A stretch of DNA of 64,000 nt, taken from the NCBI GenBank assembly GCA_963821525.1, contig CAWGED010000019.1, forward strand, positions 256,001-320,000, read 5' to 3'. The notes beneath the pieces are model-generated. The model did no database searches. It worked only from the letters and a program-made list of their open reading frames with translations, and was not told the origin of the DNA. The position numbers and the translations under genes are program-made. Source of the stretch: an uncultured Gemmatimonadales bacterium (GTDB taxonomy: Bacteria; Gemmatimonadota; Gemmatimonadetes; Gemmatimonadales; GWC2-71-9). This document shows positions 31,183-40,884 of this stretch, one piece after another. Within the stretch, counting starts at the first letter, position 1. Each line of letters starts with the position of its first letter.

Positions 31183-33150
31183 CTACGGCGTCAACGTCTC
31201 CTGCTTCGGCTCAACCTTCAGAATCCAGAGGCCGGTATTGATGTCCGGCACGTAGATGTTGCCATTATTCACCACCGCGCCCCAGGCGAAGGTCGAACGG
31301 GGACGGAAGCCCAAGGAATCCGCAGTAAGAATCCAGCTGATCTCCCGGCCCTGCCGCATCAGGTCGCCCTTCAACTCGCCGGAGATATCCAGCACCCGCG
31401 CTCCGCCCTGATAGTTGCCGAGGTAGAGCGTGTCGCCCACGACCCAGACGTTATGGACACCGCCGTCAGTGGGCTCGTACCAGGCCACTTCCTTCGGGTG
31501 CTCGATGTTCGAGACGTCGATCACATGCAGCCGGCCGAAAGTGAGATCGTTCCCGTCCTGCAGGCCCTTCGCGTCCTTCGCCGCGTAGACCTCGTCTCCC
31601 ACGAACACATACTTGCCGGCCTTCCACGCGGTGTGGGTACCGCGCGCGGAGAGTCCCCAGATCCCTTCGACCCGGGCGTAGAGCGAGCTGAGATCGTACT
31701 TGAACTGGGAGACGAGCTTGGGAGACTCGGGACTGCCGCCCTTCATGCCATTCCCCACGTCGAGAATGACCAGGCCATCGTTCCAGTACGCGAGATAGGC
31801 CAGACCATCCACCACCATGATGTCGTGCAGATAGCGGCCAGCCTCGGTCTGCTCGGTCTGCCAGCGAGCCACTTCCTTGGGCGTCTTGGGATCCCGGATG
31901 TCGATGACCCGCATCGAGCCGGTCGCGTCGTCGGTGAGATACACGTGGCCCTGGTACACATAGCTCGAGTGCACTCCGCCCGAGACGGTAGACGTGTACT
32001 CCGAGATCGGCTTGGGATGACACGCGTCGCTGGCATCGAACACCACGATGCCGTTCTTCCGGTCCGAGGCACCCTCACGGGAGAAGACGCCGTACTTGCC
32101 GTCCTCGGTCGTCATCACGTCGTTCACGATCCGGGAATTGGTCATCATCGAGTCAACGATGGCCGGCTTCTTGGGATCGCTCACATTGATGGCATAGACC
32201 CGGTCCGCGATCGTAGACATGTAGACGCACTGTCCATTCGGATGCACCCACGCTTCGGCGCCCCGGAACGCCAGCGGAACCCGGCCCTGCACCTCGAGAC
32301 CCCGGCGCACCTCGCGCTGGGTCACCTGAACCACCGCTTCGGCGTTCTGTCCACCCAGCGTGGCCGTTACCGTGTACGTCCCCGGAGTCTCGGCGACGAA
32401 CGCGCCGTCTCCATCGACCTGGGCGACGCCCGGAGTCTCCGCGACCGCCCAGCGCACCACGACGCCTTCAACCGCCTTCCCCGCCGCATCCTTTCCGGCC
32501 GCCTTGAAGCGAATGACGTCTCCGGTCCGCACGTTCGAGGTAGCCGGATCGATGCTGAGTCGCGCCACCCGATTGGCCGATACCTGGATATCGAACGGAT
32601 GAGTCGCGGCACCAGCCTTGGCGGTAATCGTGGCCTTCCCCGGCGCCACCGCCGAGAGACGGCCGTCCGCGCTGACGGTGACGATCTTGGAATTGCTGGA
32701 AGTGAAGCTGACCGCGTCGTCGCGCTGGTCTCCCTGCTTGCTGTAGGCGACGCCGGTGAGGGTGAGCCGCGATCCCACCATCAGGTGGCTCAGCGCGGGC
32801 GTGACCTCGATCTTCGAGGCGGCAAGGGGCTTCACTTTGATGATCGCCTCACCGAACGCGGGCTTGGCGCCCTTCACCGATGCCACCACCGCCACCCGCA
32901 TCTGGCCCCGATATCCCGCCGTCACCAGACCGGTCGAATCGACCGTGCCCTCATCGCCATTGATGAAGTACTGCAGCGTCGCGCTTGGAACCACGCTGCC
33001 GGCGGAATCAAGCGCCTTGGCGCTGAGCTGGATCGTCTGCCCTACTTCGACTTCGGCGGCAGGCGGGGTAACCTCGACGTGGGCGACCGGGGAAGGGGCC
33101 GGCGCCTGGGCGGGTTGCTGCTGCAACGCAAGCAGTAGACTGAGCAACAT
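31183..33150 (-). CDS. Secreted Ig-like (Big_2) domain / LVIVD-repeat protein
   Basis: Three Ig repeats then MRVIDIRDP..PKEV, LVILDV, LHVIDVSNIEHPKEV repeats. Confidence 0.85.
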   Translation of the reverse strand: MLLSLLLALQQQPAQAPAPSPVAHVEVTPPAAEVEVGQTIQLSAKALDSAGSVVPSATLQYFINGDEGTVDSTGLVTAGYRGQMRVAVVASVKGAKPAFGEAIIKVKPLAASKIEVTPALSHLMVGSRLTLTGVAYSKQGDQRDDAVSFTSSNSKIVTVSADGRLSAVAPGKATITAKAGAATHPFDIQVSANRVARLSIDPATSNVRTGDVIRFKAAGKDAAGKAVEGVVVRWAVAETPGVAQVDGDGAFVAETPGTYTVTATLGGQNAEAVVQVTQREVRRGLEVQGRVPLAFRGAEAWVHPNGQCVYMSTIADRVYAINVSDPKKPAIVDSMMTNSRIVNDVMTTEDGKYGVFSREGASDRKNGIVVFDASDACHPKPISEYTSTVSGGVHSSYVYQGHVYLTDDATGSMRVIDIRDPKTPKEVARWQTEQTEAGRYLHDIMVVDGLAYLAYWNDGLVILDVGNGMKGGSPESPKLVSQFKYDLSSLYARVEGIWGLSARGTHTAWKAGKYVFVGDEVYAAKDAKGLQDGNDLTFGRLHVIDVSNIEHPKEVAWYEPTDGGVHNVWVVGDTLYLGNYQGGARVLDISGELKGDLMRQGREISWILTADSLGFRPRSTFAWGAVVNNGNIYVPDINTGLWILKVEPKQETLTP

Positions 33151-33352
33151 GCGGGCTCCAGGGATGCAGAGTATTGGTACGGTGAATTGGGCCGGGGAAT
33201 CTACAGCACGGACTGCAAACTGAATACTGCCTGATCTACGGCGGTTTCAGGCGCAAGATTCAGCGCCAAGGTCGTGGCGTCGCGCTACTTCACAGTTCAT
33301 TCCGGAACCAGACGCTTACCGCTTGCGCCATAGTGATTTACATTCCCGCCCC

Positions 33353-34243
33353 ATGACGAATCCGCTTCCCGCCAAGGTGGTCCTGGGCCTGGTGCAGATG
33401 GCCATGTCGGACGACAAGCCCGACAACATGCGCCGCGCGGTCGCCGGCGTCAGGGAGGCCGCAGCCAAGGGCGCCAAGGTCATCTGTCTGCCCGAGCTGT
33501 TCCTGAGCCGGTACTTCTGCCAGGTCGAGGACCACCGCTTCTTCCAGCTCGCCGAGCCGATTCCGGGACCGAGTACCACCTCGCTCGGCGCCCTGGCCAA
33601 GGAGCTTGGTGTCGTCATCATCGCATCGCTGTTCGAGAAGCGCGCCGAAGGTCTGTATCACAACACCACCGCGATTCTCGATGCCGACGGGAAATACCTC
33701 GGCAAATACCGGAAGATGCACATTCCGGACGACCCCAACTATTACGAGAAGTTCTATTTCACCCCGGGCGATCTCGGTTTCCGCTCCTGGGACACGCAGC
33801 ACGCCAAGGCCGGCGTACTCATTTGCTGGGACCAATGGTACCCCGAGGCCGCAAGGCTCACTGCGCTGACCGGGGCGCAGATCCTCTTCTATCCCACTGC
33901 GATCGGTTGGCTCATTCCCGAAAAGGCGGAGTACGGCGCGGCCCAGCAGGCCTCGTGGGAGACGATCCAGCGAAGCCACGCGATCGCGAACGGCGTCTAC
34001 GTGGTGGCCGTCAACCGGGTCGGCGTTGAGCCGGGGCCCAACCAGGGGATCGAGTTCTGGGGCGGCAGCTTCGTCGCGGCTCCCAACGGCGAGATCATCG
34101 CGAAGGCGGGCACCGGCGAGGAGACGATCGTGGTCGAAGTGGACACTGGTCGAGTCGACGTCGCGCGCACGCACTGGCCGTTTCTGCGGGACCGGAGAGT
34201 CGATGCGTATGGGGGGATGACGAGTCGGTATTTGGATGACTGA
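33353..34243 (+). CDS. aguB: N-carbamoylputrescine amidase (carbon-nitrogen hydrolase)
   Basis: CLPELF..YFCQ, YRKMHIPDDP.YYEKFYFTPGD, ICWDQWYPEAAR, WPFLRDRR. Confidence 0.92.
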   Translation: MTNPLPAKVVLGLVQMAMSDDKPDNMRRAVAGVREAAAKGAKVICLPELFLSRYFCQVEDHRFFQLAEPIPGPSTTSLGALAKELGVVIIASLFEKRAEGLYHNTTAILDADGKYLGKYRKMHIPDDPNYYEKFYFTPGDLGFRSWDTQHAKAGVLICWDQWYPEAARLTALTGAQILFYPTAIGWLIPEKAEYGAAQQASWETIQRSHAIANGVYVVAVNRVGVEPGPNQGIEFWGGSFVAAPNGEIIAKAGTGEETIVVEVDTGRVDVARTHWPFLRDRRVDAYGGMTSRYLDD

Positions 34244-34244
34244 C

Positions 34245-34641
34245 CTATTGCCGATTGCCGATTGCTGATTGCCGATTGCGGCTCACTCGCTCCACACTCT
34301 TTTCCGCAGTTCGACGAGCTGCGATTACGATCGAGAGCAGTTCATTGCCCTCAACTAGAAGCGCCTCAATCCGCTCGCGGGATGCCGATCCGAGATCTCT
34401 GAGCAACTCCAACCAGAAAAGGGTTTCGTCGCATTCCTCAACGACGATACTGAGCTTCGCGACGAACTCGCGCCGGGACCGGGCTCGGCAAACAGCTCGA
34501 TAGTTTGCCCCGACAGACGTTGCCGACCGCGTGAGTTGATCGCAGATGATCTGCGCATTCTCTCGATCGAGGCAGACTGCGACAGACCAACACAACTTGA
34601 AGGGCGAACGCCTTTGTCCGCCGCTTCATTTGAGAGGTCAT
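34245..34641 (-). CDS. Four helix bundle protein (TIGR02436 / 23S rRNA IVS / Avd-like); 1-nt frameshift near 34558
   Basis: MTSQMKRRTKAFALQVV..CRSLP joined to QLTRSATSVGANYRAVCRARSRREFVAKLSIVVEECDETLFWLELL. Confidence 0.9.
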
Positions 34642-34784
34642 CCCGCTTGTGTCAGGCCTGTGATCGAGCTCCATGGCGGGCAAGTTGTGGCATCAGGGTG
34701 GGTGAAACGGCACCCAAATGTTTCATCCACAGCCAAAGGAAACGCCGTACAATCAGCAATCGACAATCGGCAATCGTCAATTTT
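34247..34784. mobile_element. Putative cassette: inverted 7-mer arrays (ATTGCCG)5 / (CAATCGN)5 enclosing a four-helix-bundle gene
   Basis: Left arm 34247-34281, right arm 34750-34784; fills the aguB-aguA gap almost exactly; mobility inferred only. Confidence 0.55.
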
Positions 34785-34785
34785 C

Positions 34786-35873
34786 ATGTCTAACCCGACT
34801 CCGGCTACGCTCGGCTACCAGATGCCGCCAGAATGGTGGCAGCACCGGGGCACCTGGCTGAGCTGGCCTCACAGAGAATCATCGTGGCCCGGGAAGTTCC
34901 AGCCCGTGCCTCATGTCTTCGCCGAGATGGTGCGACTTCTCTCTCCGCACGAGGAAGTGCACATCAACGTCACCGGCCAGGAGATGGAAGACGCGGTACG
35001 GGCAATTCTGGTGGAACATGGCATCGCACCGTCGGCAATTGGCCGAGCCGCGAGCGCCGAGCCGTCGAGCGTTGTTGTTTCCACCACAACCCCACCAACG
35101 ACGCCTGGTGCCGCGACCACGGCCCCTGCTTCATCCAGCGCAACGTGAATGGCCGGCGCGAGGAGGCCATTGTGGACTGGGGGTACAACGCGTGGGGCGG
35201 GAAATATCCGCCGTTCGAAGATGACGACGTGATCCCCACGAAAATCGCCGAGGAGTTTGGGATTCCGGTCTACCACCCGGGCATCGTGATGGAGGGAGGC
35301 AGCCTCGATGTGAACGGAGCGGGGACCCTGCTGACCACCGAATCCTGCCTGCTCAACCCCAACCGCAATCCCTCGCTCACCCGGGAGGAGATCGAGCGTT
35401 ACCTGATGGACTACCTGGGCGTTCGCCACATCCTCTGGCTGGGCGAGGGGATCGTGGGCGACGACACCGATGGCCACGTGGACGACCTGTCTCGGTTCAC
35501 CGATCCCTCCACCATCGTCACCGCGGTGGAAATGGATTCGAGCGACGAGAACTACCGGCCGCTGAAGGAGAACCTCGATCGTCTCCGCGGCATGCGGGAC
35601 CAGGACGGCAATCCCTTCCGAATCGTCACCCTGCCGATGCCGCCGGCGGCGTACTACGAAGGACAACGGCTCCCGGCGAGCTACGCCAACTTCTACATCG
35701 CGAACGGCGTCGTTCTCCTGCCGTCTTACGACCCGACGACCGACGAGATCGCCCGCCAAACCCTGCAGCGCTGCTTCCCGACCCGCCGGGTCACCCTGCT
35801 CGATTCCCGGGACCTGATCTGGGGACTGGGGTCATTTCATTGTGTGACGCAGCAGTGGCCGGGGGTGGGATAG
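34786..35873 (+). CDS. aguA: Agmatine deiminase; frameshift near 35075
   Basis: MPPEW..H.GTWLSWPH, NDAWCRDHGP, MEGGS, DDTDGHVDD, ASYANFYI, GSFHCVTQQ. Confidence 0.93.
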
Positions 35874-35904
35874 GCGAGATCTTGGTGATTGAAGATTGAG
35901 GATT

Positions 35905-36279
35905 TCAGATTGAAGATTTTCGGCTCGCGACCTTCCGCTCGAGCGTCAGCTTTGTCGCGGCTACAATCGCGACAAGCTCGCTGGCCTCTTTCAAAAGCGG
36001 ACTGATAGCCTCGATCTTTGCGACGCCCGACTCCGCCGCCAGTTCGAACCAGAACACCGACTCGTCCGCCTCCTCGAGAACAATCCCAATTTTTGCAGCA
36101 AACTCGCGGCGTGACCTCGCTCGACAGGCGGCACGGTAATTGGCCCCTATCGAGGAAGAGCTCCGTATCAATTGTCCCGCAATGACCCTGCCCTCAACCG
36201 TAGCCGGCAAGGTTCGGCAGAACCGAATCGCACCTGCGGCGAAAGCTCTGGTTCGCCGCTTCATTTCTTCCGGGGTCAC
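35905..36279 (-). CDS. Four helix bundle protein (TIGR02436 / 23S rRNA IVS / Avd-like)
   Basis: MKRRTRAFA, QLIRSSSSIGANYRAACRARSRREFAAKIGIVLEEADESVFWFEL; start GTG 36279 or ATG 36264. Confidence 0.92.
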   Translation of the reverse strand: MTPEEMKRRTRAFAAGAIRFCRTLPATVEGRVIAGQLIRSSSSIGANYRAACRARSRREFAAKIGIVLEEADESVFWFELAAESGVAKIEAISPLLKEASELVAIVAATKLTLERKVASRKSSI

Positions 36280-36320
36280 ACCGAACAATTACCCTGCCCT
36301 GGGCCCGGTAGCCCCGCCAT

Positions 36321-36362
36321 AGAAACGCAAGCCGGGTCCTCCGCACGCGCGAGGAACCCGGC
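36321..36362 (-). terminator. Probable intrinsic terminator of the glutamine synthetase gene
   Basis: GCCGGGTTCCTCGCGCGTGCGGAGGACCCGGC hairpin followed by TTGCGTTTCT on the minus strand. Confidence 0.55.
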
Positions 36363-36427
36363 CCTTACTGTCCAATACTTCTGATTTCAAATCTTCAATC
36401 TGAAATCTTCAATCTGAAATCGCCTCC

Positions 36428-38577
36428 CTACTTCAGAAACAACATCTCCCGATAGGTTGGCATTGGCCACAAACTCGACTCCACGTGCAGCTCGATCGTG
36501 TCGGCCAGGGTGCGGAGGTCGGCCATGGCGGGCTTGACCTTCTCCTTGATCCACTGCGCGTGCTTGATCGGGTCGCCATCCTCGTGAGCGACCGCCTTCT
36601 CCAGGCTGCCCAGTGCTTCCCGGAACCGGGAGACCAGGTTGACGAACTCGCCCAGCGCCTGGTGGGTATCCAGGCACTTGACCCCGGCCGCCTCGGTCAC
36701 CGACACCGCCTGCGCCACCTTCGCCTGATGCTGCAGCGCCGCGGGCAGGATCATCGTGCGCGCCATGGTGATCATGGTCTGCGCCTCGATGTCGATCTGC
36801 TTGACGTACTTCTCGTACGCGATGTGGGTCCGCGAATCGAGCTCGGCCTTGTTCAGGACGCCGTACTTCTTGAACAGGTCCGCGATCTTCTTCTGGCGCA
36901 GGACCGCGAACGCCTCGACCGAGTCCCGGAAGTGCGGCAGGCCGCGCTCCTCGGCCTCATCGTGCCACTCGGCGGAGTAGTTGTCGCCCTCCGAAGATCA
37001 CCCGCTTGTGCTGCCGGATCACCTTCTTGAGCACCGAGAGCACCGCGGCCTGCAGCCGGGCGGGCGTCGGGGTCTTCCCCGCAGCCTTCTCCAGCTCCGT
37101 CGCCATGTAGTCGAGCGATTCGGCGGCGATCGTGTTCAGCACCGTGTTGGGCCAGGCGATGGTCTGGCTCGAGCCCACGGCGCGGAACTCGAACTTGTTC
37201 CCGGTGAAGGCGAAGGGAGAGGTCCGGTTCCGGTCTCCCGAGTGCCGGGGGAGCTGGGGCAGCGTCCGGGCGCCCAGATTCAGCGTCCCGCCCCGGATGG
37301 TGCGCTTGGGCAGGCCCTTCTCGACCTGGTCGCAGGATGTCCTCGAGCATGTCGCCCAGGAACATCGAGATGATCGCCGGAGGCGCCTCGTTGGCGCCCA
37401 GACGGTGATCGTTCGGCGCCGAGGCGATCGAGGCCCGCAGCAGATCGGCATGGAGATCCACGCGCCCGGATCACGGCGCAGAGGAACACCAGGAACTGCA
37501 TGTTGGTGTGGGTCTCATCCTGCGGGTCGAGGAGGTTCACCCCGGTATCGGTCGCCATCGACCAGTTGTTGTGCTTGCCCGATCCATTGACGCCGGCGAA
37601 CGGCTTCTCGTGCAGCAGAGCCGCGAGGCCGTGCCGCTCCGCCACCCGCTTCAGCGTCTCCATCATGAGCATCTGATGGTCGCTCGCGATCTGGCTCATT
37701 TCGAACAGCGGAGCAATCTCGTACTGCGCGCGGGGCCACCTCGTTGTGCCGGGTCTTGACCGGCACTCCCAGGCGATAGAGCTCCCGCTCGCAGTCGGCC
37801 ATGCAGGCCAGAACGCGCTGGGGGATCACCCCGAAGTACTGGTCCTCGAGCTGCTGACCCTTGGGAGGCCGGGCGCCGAAGAGGGTCCGCTCGCAGGTGA
37901 GCAGATCAGGCCGCTGGAAGAAGTACTCCCGGTCGATCAGGAAGTACTCCTGCTCCGGGCCCACCGTGGTGTAGACCTTGGTGACCCCCTCGTCGTTGCC
38001 GAAGATCTTCAGGATCCGGAGCGCCTGCTTGGAGAGCGCCTCCATCGAGCGGAGCAGCGGGATCTTGGTGTCCAGCGCCTCGCCGGTCCAGGAAACGAAC
38101 GCGGTGGGGATCACCAGGGTCGTGGCGCCGTTCGCCCCGCATGAGAAACGCCGGGCTGGTAACATCCCACGCCGTGTAGCCGCGGGCCTCGAAGGTGGCC
38201 CGAAGGCCGCCCGACGGAAAACTCGAGGCGTCCGGCTCGCCCTGTACCAGCTCCGATCCCGAGAAGTTGTAGATCACCCCGCCCTGCCCGTCGGGCTGAA
38301 CCAGCGAATCGTGCTTCTCCGCGGTCAGCCCGGTCAGCGGCTGGAACCAGTGAGTAAAGTGCGTGGCGCCATTCTCGATGGCCCAGTCCTTCATGGCCGA
38401 AGCGACGACATCGGCCACCTTGGGATCGAGCGGCTCGCCCCGATCGATGGTCCGCAGCAGACTCCGGAAGACATCCTTGGGGAGGCGCTGGCGCATGACG
38501 TCACGGGAGAAGACGTCGGCGCTGAAGATGGTGTCAATGCGGACGGGCGTACCGTTGGAAACGGCAGGAATCGTCAC
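36428..38577 (-). CDS. glnN: Glutamine synthetase type III; about five frameshifts
   Basis: [100 protein letters not shown] across fragments. Confidence 0.92.
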
Positions 38578-38778
38578 CGGATCGAAGCCTCAAGCTGGGG
38601 TTGCGCGGAGGTGCGGCTGACGCGGCGGGAAATTAATGAGGAGTCAGGCGGATGGTAGGGCGCCGGGGATTCGCGGCCAGGCGGATCGACGGCTCGGCAA
38701 AGCTAAACGGCTCCAGACGAGATCGGGCCCGGCGCTTTTCGATCCGCCGAGCCAACCAGCCGCTGAGCCGTGCTAGGA

Positions 38779-38979
38779 CTACTTCTCTGCTGCCTTGCGG
38801 GCGGTCTTCCGCTTCCGTCGACGCGCTTCGGCCGCCTTCAAGGCCTTGGCCTCGCTGGGCTTCACGTAGTACCGCTTCTTCCGCAGGTCCCGGAGGATGC
38901 CCGACTTCACCATCTTCCGCTTGAACGCCTTGAGGGCCACATCCAACCGATCGTCCTCTCCCAACCGAACTTCGATCAT
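38779..38979 (-). CDS. rpsU: 30S ribosomal protein S21
   Basis: ALKAFKRK..KSGIL.DLRKKRYYVKPSE. Confidence 0.93.
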   Translation of the reverse strand: MIEVRLGEDDRLDVALKAFKRKMVKSGILRDLRKKRYYVKPSEAKALKAAEARRRKRKTARKAAEK

Positions 38980-39071
38980 GAATCACTCCCGTGGGCCGTC
39001 GGCCCGAGAAGCCGACGGGGCCACCTCTTCCGGGGCGGCCCCGCCTGCGCTGACTGTGTCCAGAAGTGGAT

Positions 39072-39284
39072 TTACTTCTGGATCTTGGCGACGTTCTGCG
39101 CGGCCGGGCCCTTCGGGCCCTGGACCATGTCGAACTCCACCAGGTCGCCTTCCTGAAGCGACTTGAATCCGCTGCCCTGAATGGCCGAATGATGGACGAA
39201 GCAATCCTTCTGCCCGTCGGCCGGCGTCACAAAGCCAAAGCCCTTCGCATCATTGAACCACTTCACGGTACCGGTTGTACGCAT
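39072..39284 (-). CDS. cspA: Cold-shock protein
   Basis: [33 protein letters not shown]. Confidence 0.95.
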   Translation of the reverse strand: MRTTGTVKWFNDAKGFGFVTPADGQKDCFVHHSAIQGSGFKSLQEGDLVEFDMVQGPKGPAAQNVAKIQK

Positions 39285-39432
39285 CACCTGCTCCTTGCTG
39301 AACATGTTGTATGGTCGGCCGGAGCATGGTGTCACCGTACCTACCAAAAATGGGGGACCCGGCTTGAGCCAGATCCCCGAGAATGCCCCGCTGGCCGAAT
39401 GCTCAGCGCAGATCGGCCGCCGGGCGGAGGTA

Positions 39433-39461
39433 ACAGTACAAGCCAGAGGGGTTTCGGTCAA
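39433..39461 (-). promoter_or_regulatory. Sigma70-type promoter of cold-shock gene
   Basis: TTGACC-17 nt-TACTGT on minus strand. Confidence 0.65.
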
Positions 39462-39486
39462 CAGTCCGGCCCTTCCCCACCCAGTC

Positions 39487-40608
39487 TCAGTCCGCCGGGA
39501 CCAGCCGCCCCCCACGCGCCATCCCTATCCGGACCCCAAGGCTGGGCACGTCCCCGTTGGAATCGAACACGATCCGGCCAACCACCCCGTCGAAGGAAGG
39601 CTCCTCATTCCCGACTCGGGCCAGCGCTCGTCTGACGCCCGACCGGCTGGCACCGCCCCCAGCAATAGCGGCGGCGATGAGTCGAACGGCGTCGTAGGTC
39701 GCGGCACCCCCTTGGTCCGGCAAGCCCGCGTCCGGAAAAGCGCGACGGTAGGCATTCACGAAGGTGCGGTTGGTGATCCCGATGGCCGAAGGCAGGTACC
39801 CCGATGAGATGTAGACCCCGTCGGCCAAGGTGTCCCGGCTCTCGATTCCGACAAACCCGTCACCCGCCAGCAGTGGCAACCCGAGCTTGGCGCCGCGGAC
39901 CTGACTCAGGACCGGAATACCCTCGGCCTGATTCGCCGCGATCAGCAGCAGTTGAGCCCTCGCCTCCTTCCGGATCCGGTCCAGATAGGGCGAAACGTCG
40001 GGCTTCTCGAACAGGAACGGGTCGGCCTCTACGACCTCACCGCCCAGTCGCTTGAACTCCTCAGAGAAGGTGATGCGGATCCCTCGCCCGTACTCGTCAT
40101 TCACGTAGAGCACAGCCGCCCGGGTGAGCCGCAGCTTGTTGTAGGCGAACTGGGCCAGGGCGGCTCCATAGGCCAAATCGGTCGCACAGATCCGGAAGGT
40201 GTAGTCCCCGGCCCCGCTGAGGACGGGAGATGACGCCGAGGGAGACAGCTGCACCAGGGGACGGCGACCGCCGTTGTAAACCGGGGCGGCGGTAATTGTG
40301 GCGCCGGAGTAAGCGCTGCCGATGACCGCCACAACGTCAGAGGCGTATAACTCGGCCGCGACCTGCACCGCTGAATCCGGCTCACCAAAGTCATCCCGCC
40401 GGAGCAGCTCCAACGGCCTCCCATTTACCCCACCCGCCTCGTTGATCTGTCGCAGCGCGAGATCGGCACCCCGTATCATGGGAAGGACGGCCGGATCGGT
40501 TAACGGCAGCGAGAGACCGATCCGGATCGGTTTTTTCCCGCCGCAAGCAGCGACGACAAACCCGGCGCCAATCGCCAGGGTGAGCACGGAAATCCCTAGC
40601 CTCCTCAC
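39487..40608 (-). CDS. LivK/LivJ-family substrate-binding lipoprotein
   Basis: Lipobox [53 protein letters not shown] start inferred. Confidence 0.85.
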   Translation of the reverse strand: MRRLGISVLTLAIGAGFVVAACGGKKPIRIGLSLPLTDPAVLPMIRGADLALRQINEAGGVNGRPLELLRRDDFGEPDSAVQVAAELYASDVVAVIGSAYSGATITAAPVYNGGRRPLVQLSPSASSPVLSGAGDYTFRICATDLAYGAALAQFAYNKLRLTRAAVLYVNDEYGRGIRITFSEEFKRLGGEVVEADPFLFEKPDVSPYLDRIRKEARAQLLLIAANQAEGIPVLSQVRGAKLGLPLLAGDGFVGIESRDTLADGVYISSGYLPSAIGITNRTFVNAYRRAFPDAGLPDQGGAATYDAVRLIAAAIAGGGASRSGVRRALARVGNEEPSFDGVVGRIVFDSNGDVPSLGVRIGMARGGRLVPAD

Positions 40609-40884
40609 CGTCCTGCTCCCGTGGGCGGGATAGTCTTGTCGGCGGCGGGCACGGCACTGAGGACCAGCGCATGACGCATGACAGGGATTTCCGGATGGGG
40701 ATGGAGGCGTGAACTGTCCGGAAAAATGGCGGGGCCTGTCCCCAGCCACCAGAGGACTACAAGCGGCTTCCGTTTTGTCTGACAGACTGATATCGGCGCG
40801 AACGCCAGATTGGCCTCCGCATCGGGCCGCTATCCTCCGGCGGGGCCCGACGCTGCAGGACGACAATTGTCTTGGAGCAGGTCT

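Larger units (their letters stand above)
35884..36424. mobile_element. Putative cassette: inverted 7-mer arrays (GATTGAA/GATTTCA)n enclosing a second four-helix-bundle gene
   Basis: 36-bp inverted repeat with 4 mismatches (35884-35919 / 36389-36424), incl. perfect GATTTCAGATTGAAGATTT; mobility inferred only. Confidence 0.55.

Noticed and set aside
34245..36424. Four-helix-bundle genes as a diversity-generating retroelement or rRNA intervening sequence
   Set aside because: No reverse transcriptase, no template/variable repeat pair and no rRNA in the window
38645..38775. Structured ncRNA or riboswitch upstream of glnN
   Set aside because: Only a 10-bp inverted repeat (GGCGGATCGA/TCGATCCGCC) within degenerate 8-mer repeats; no motif I can recognise
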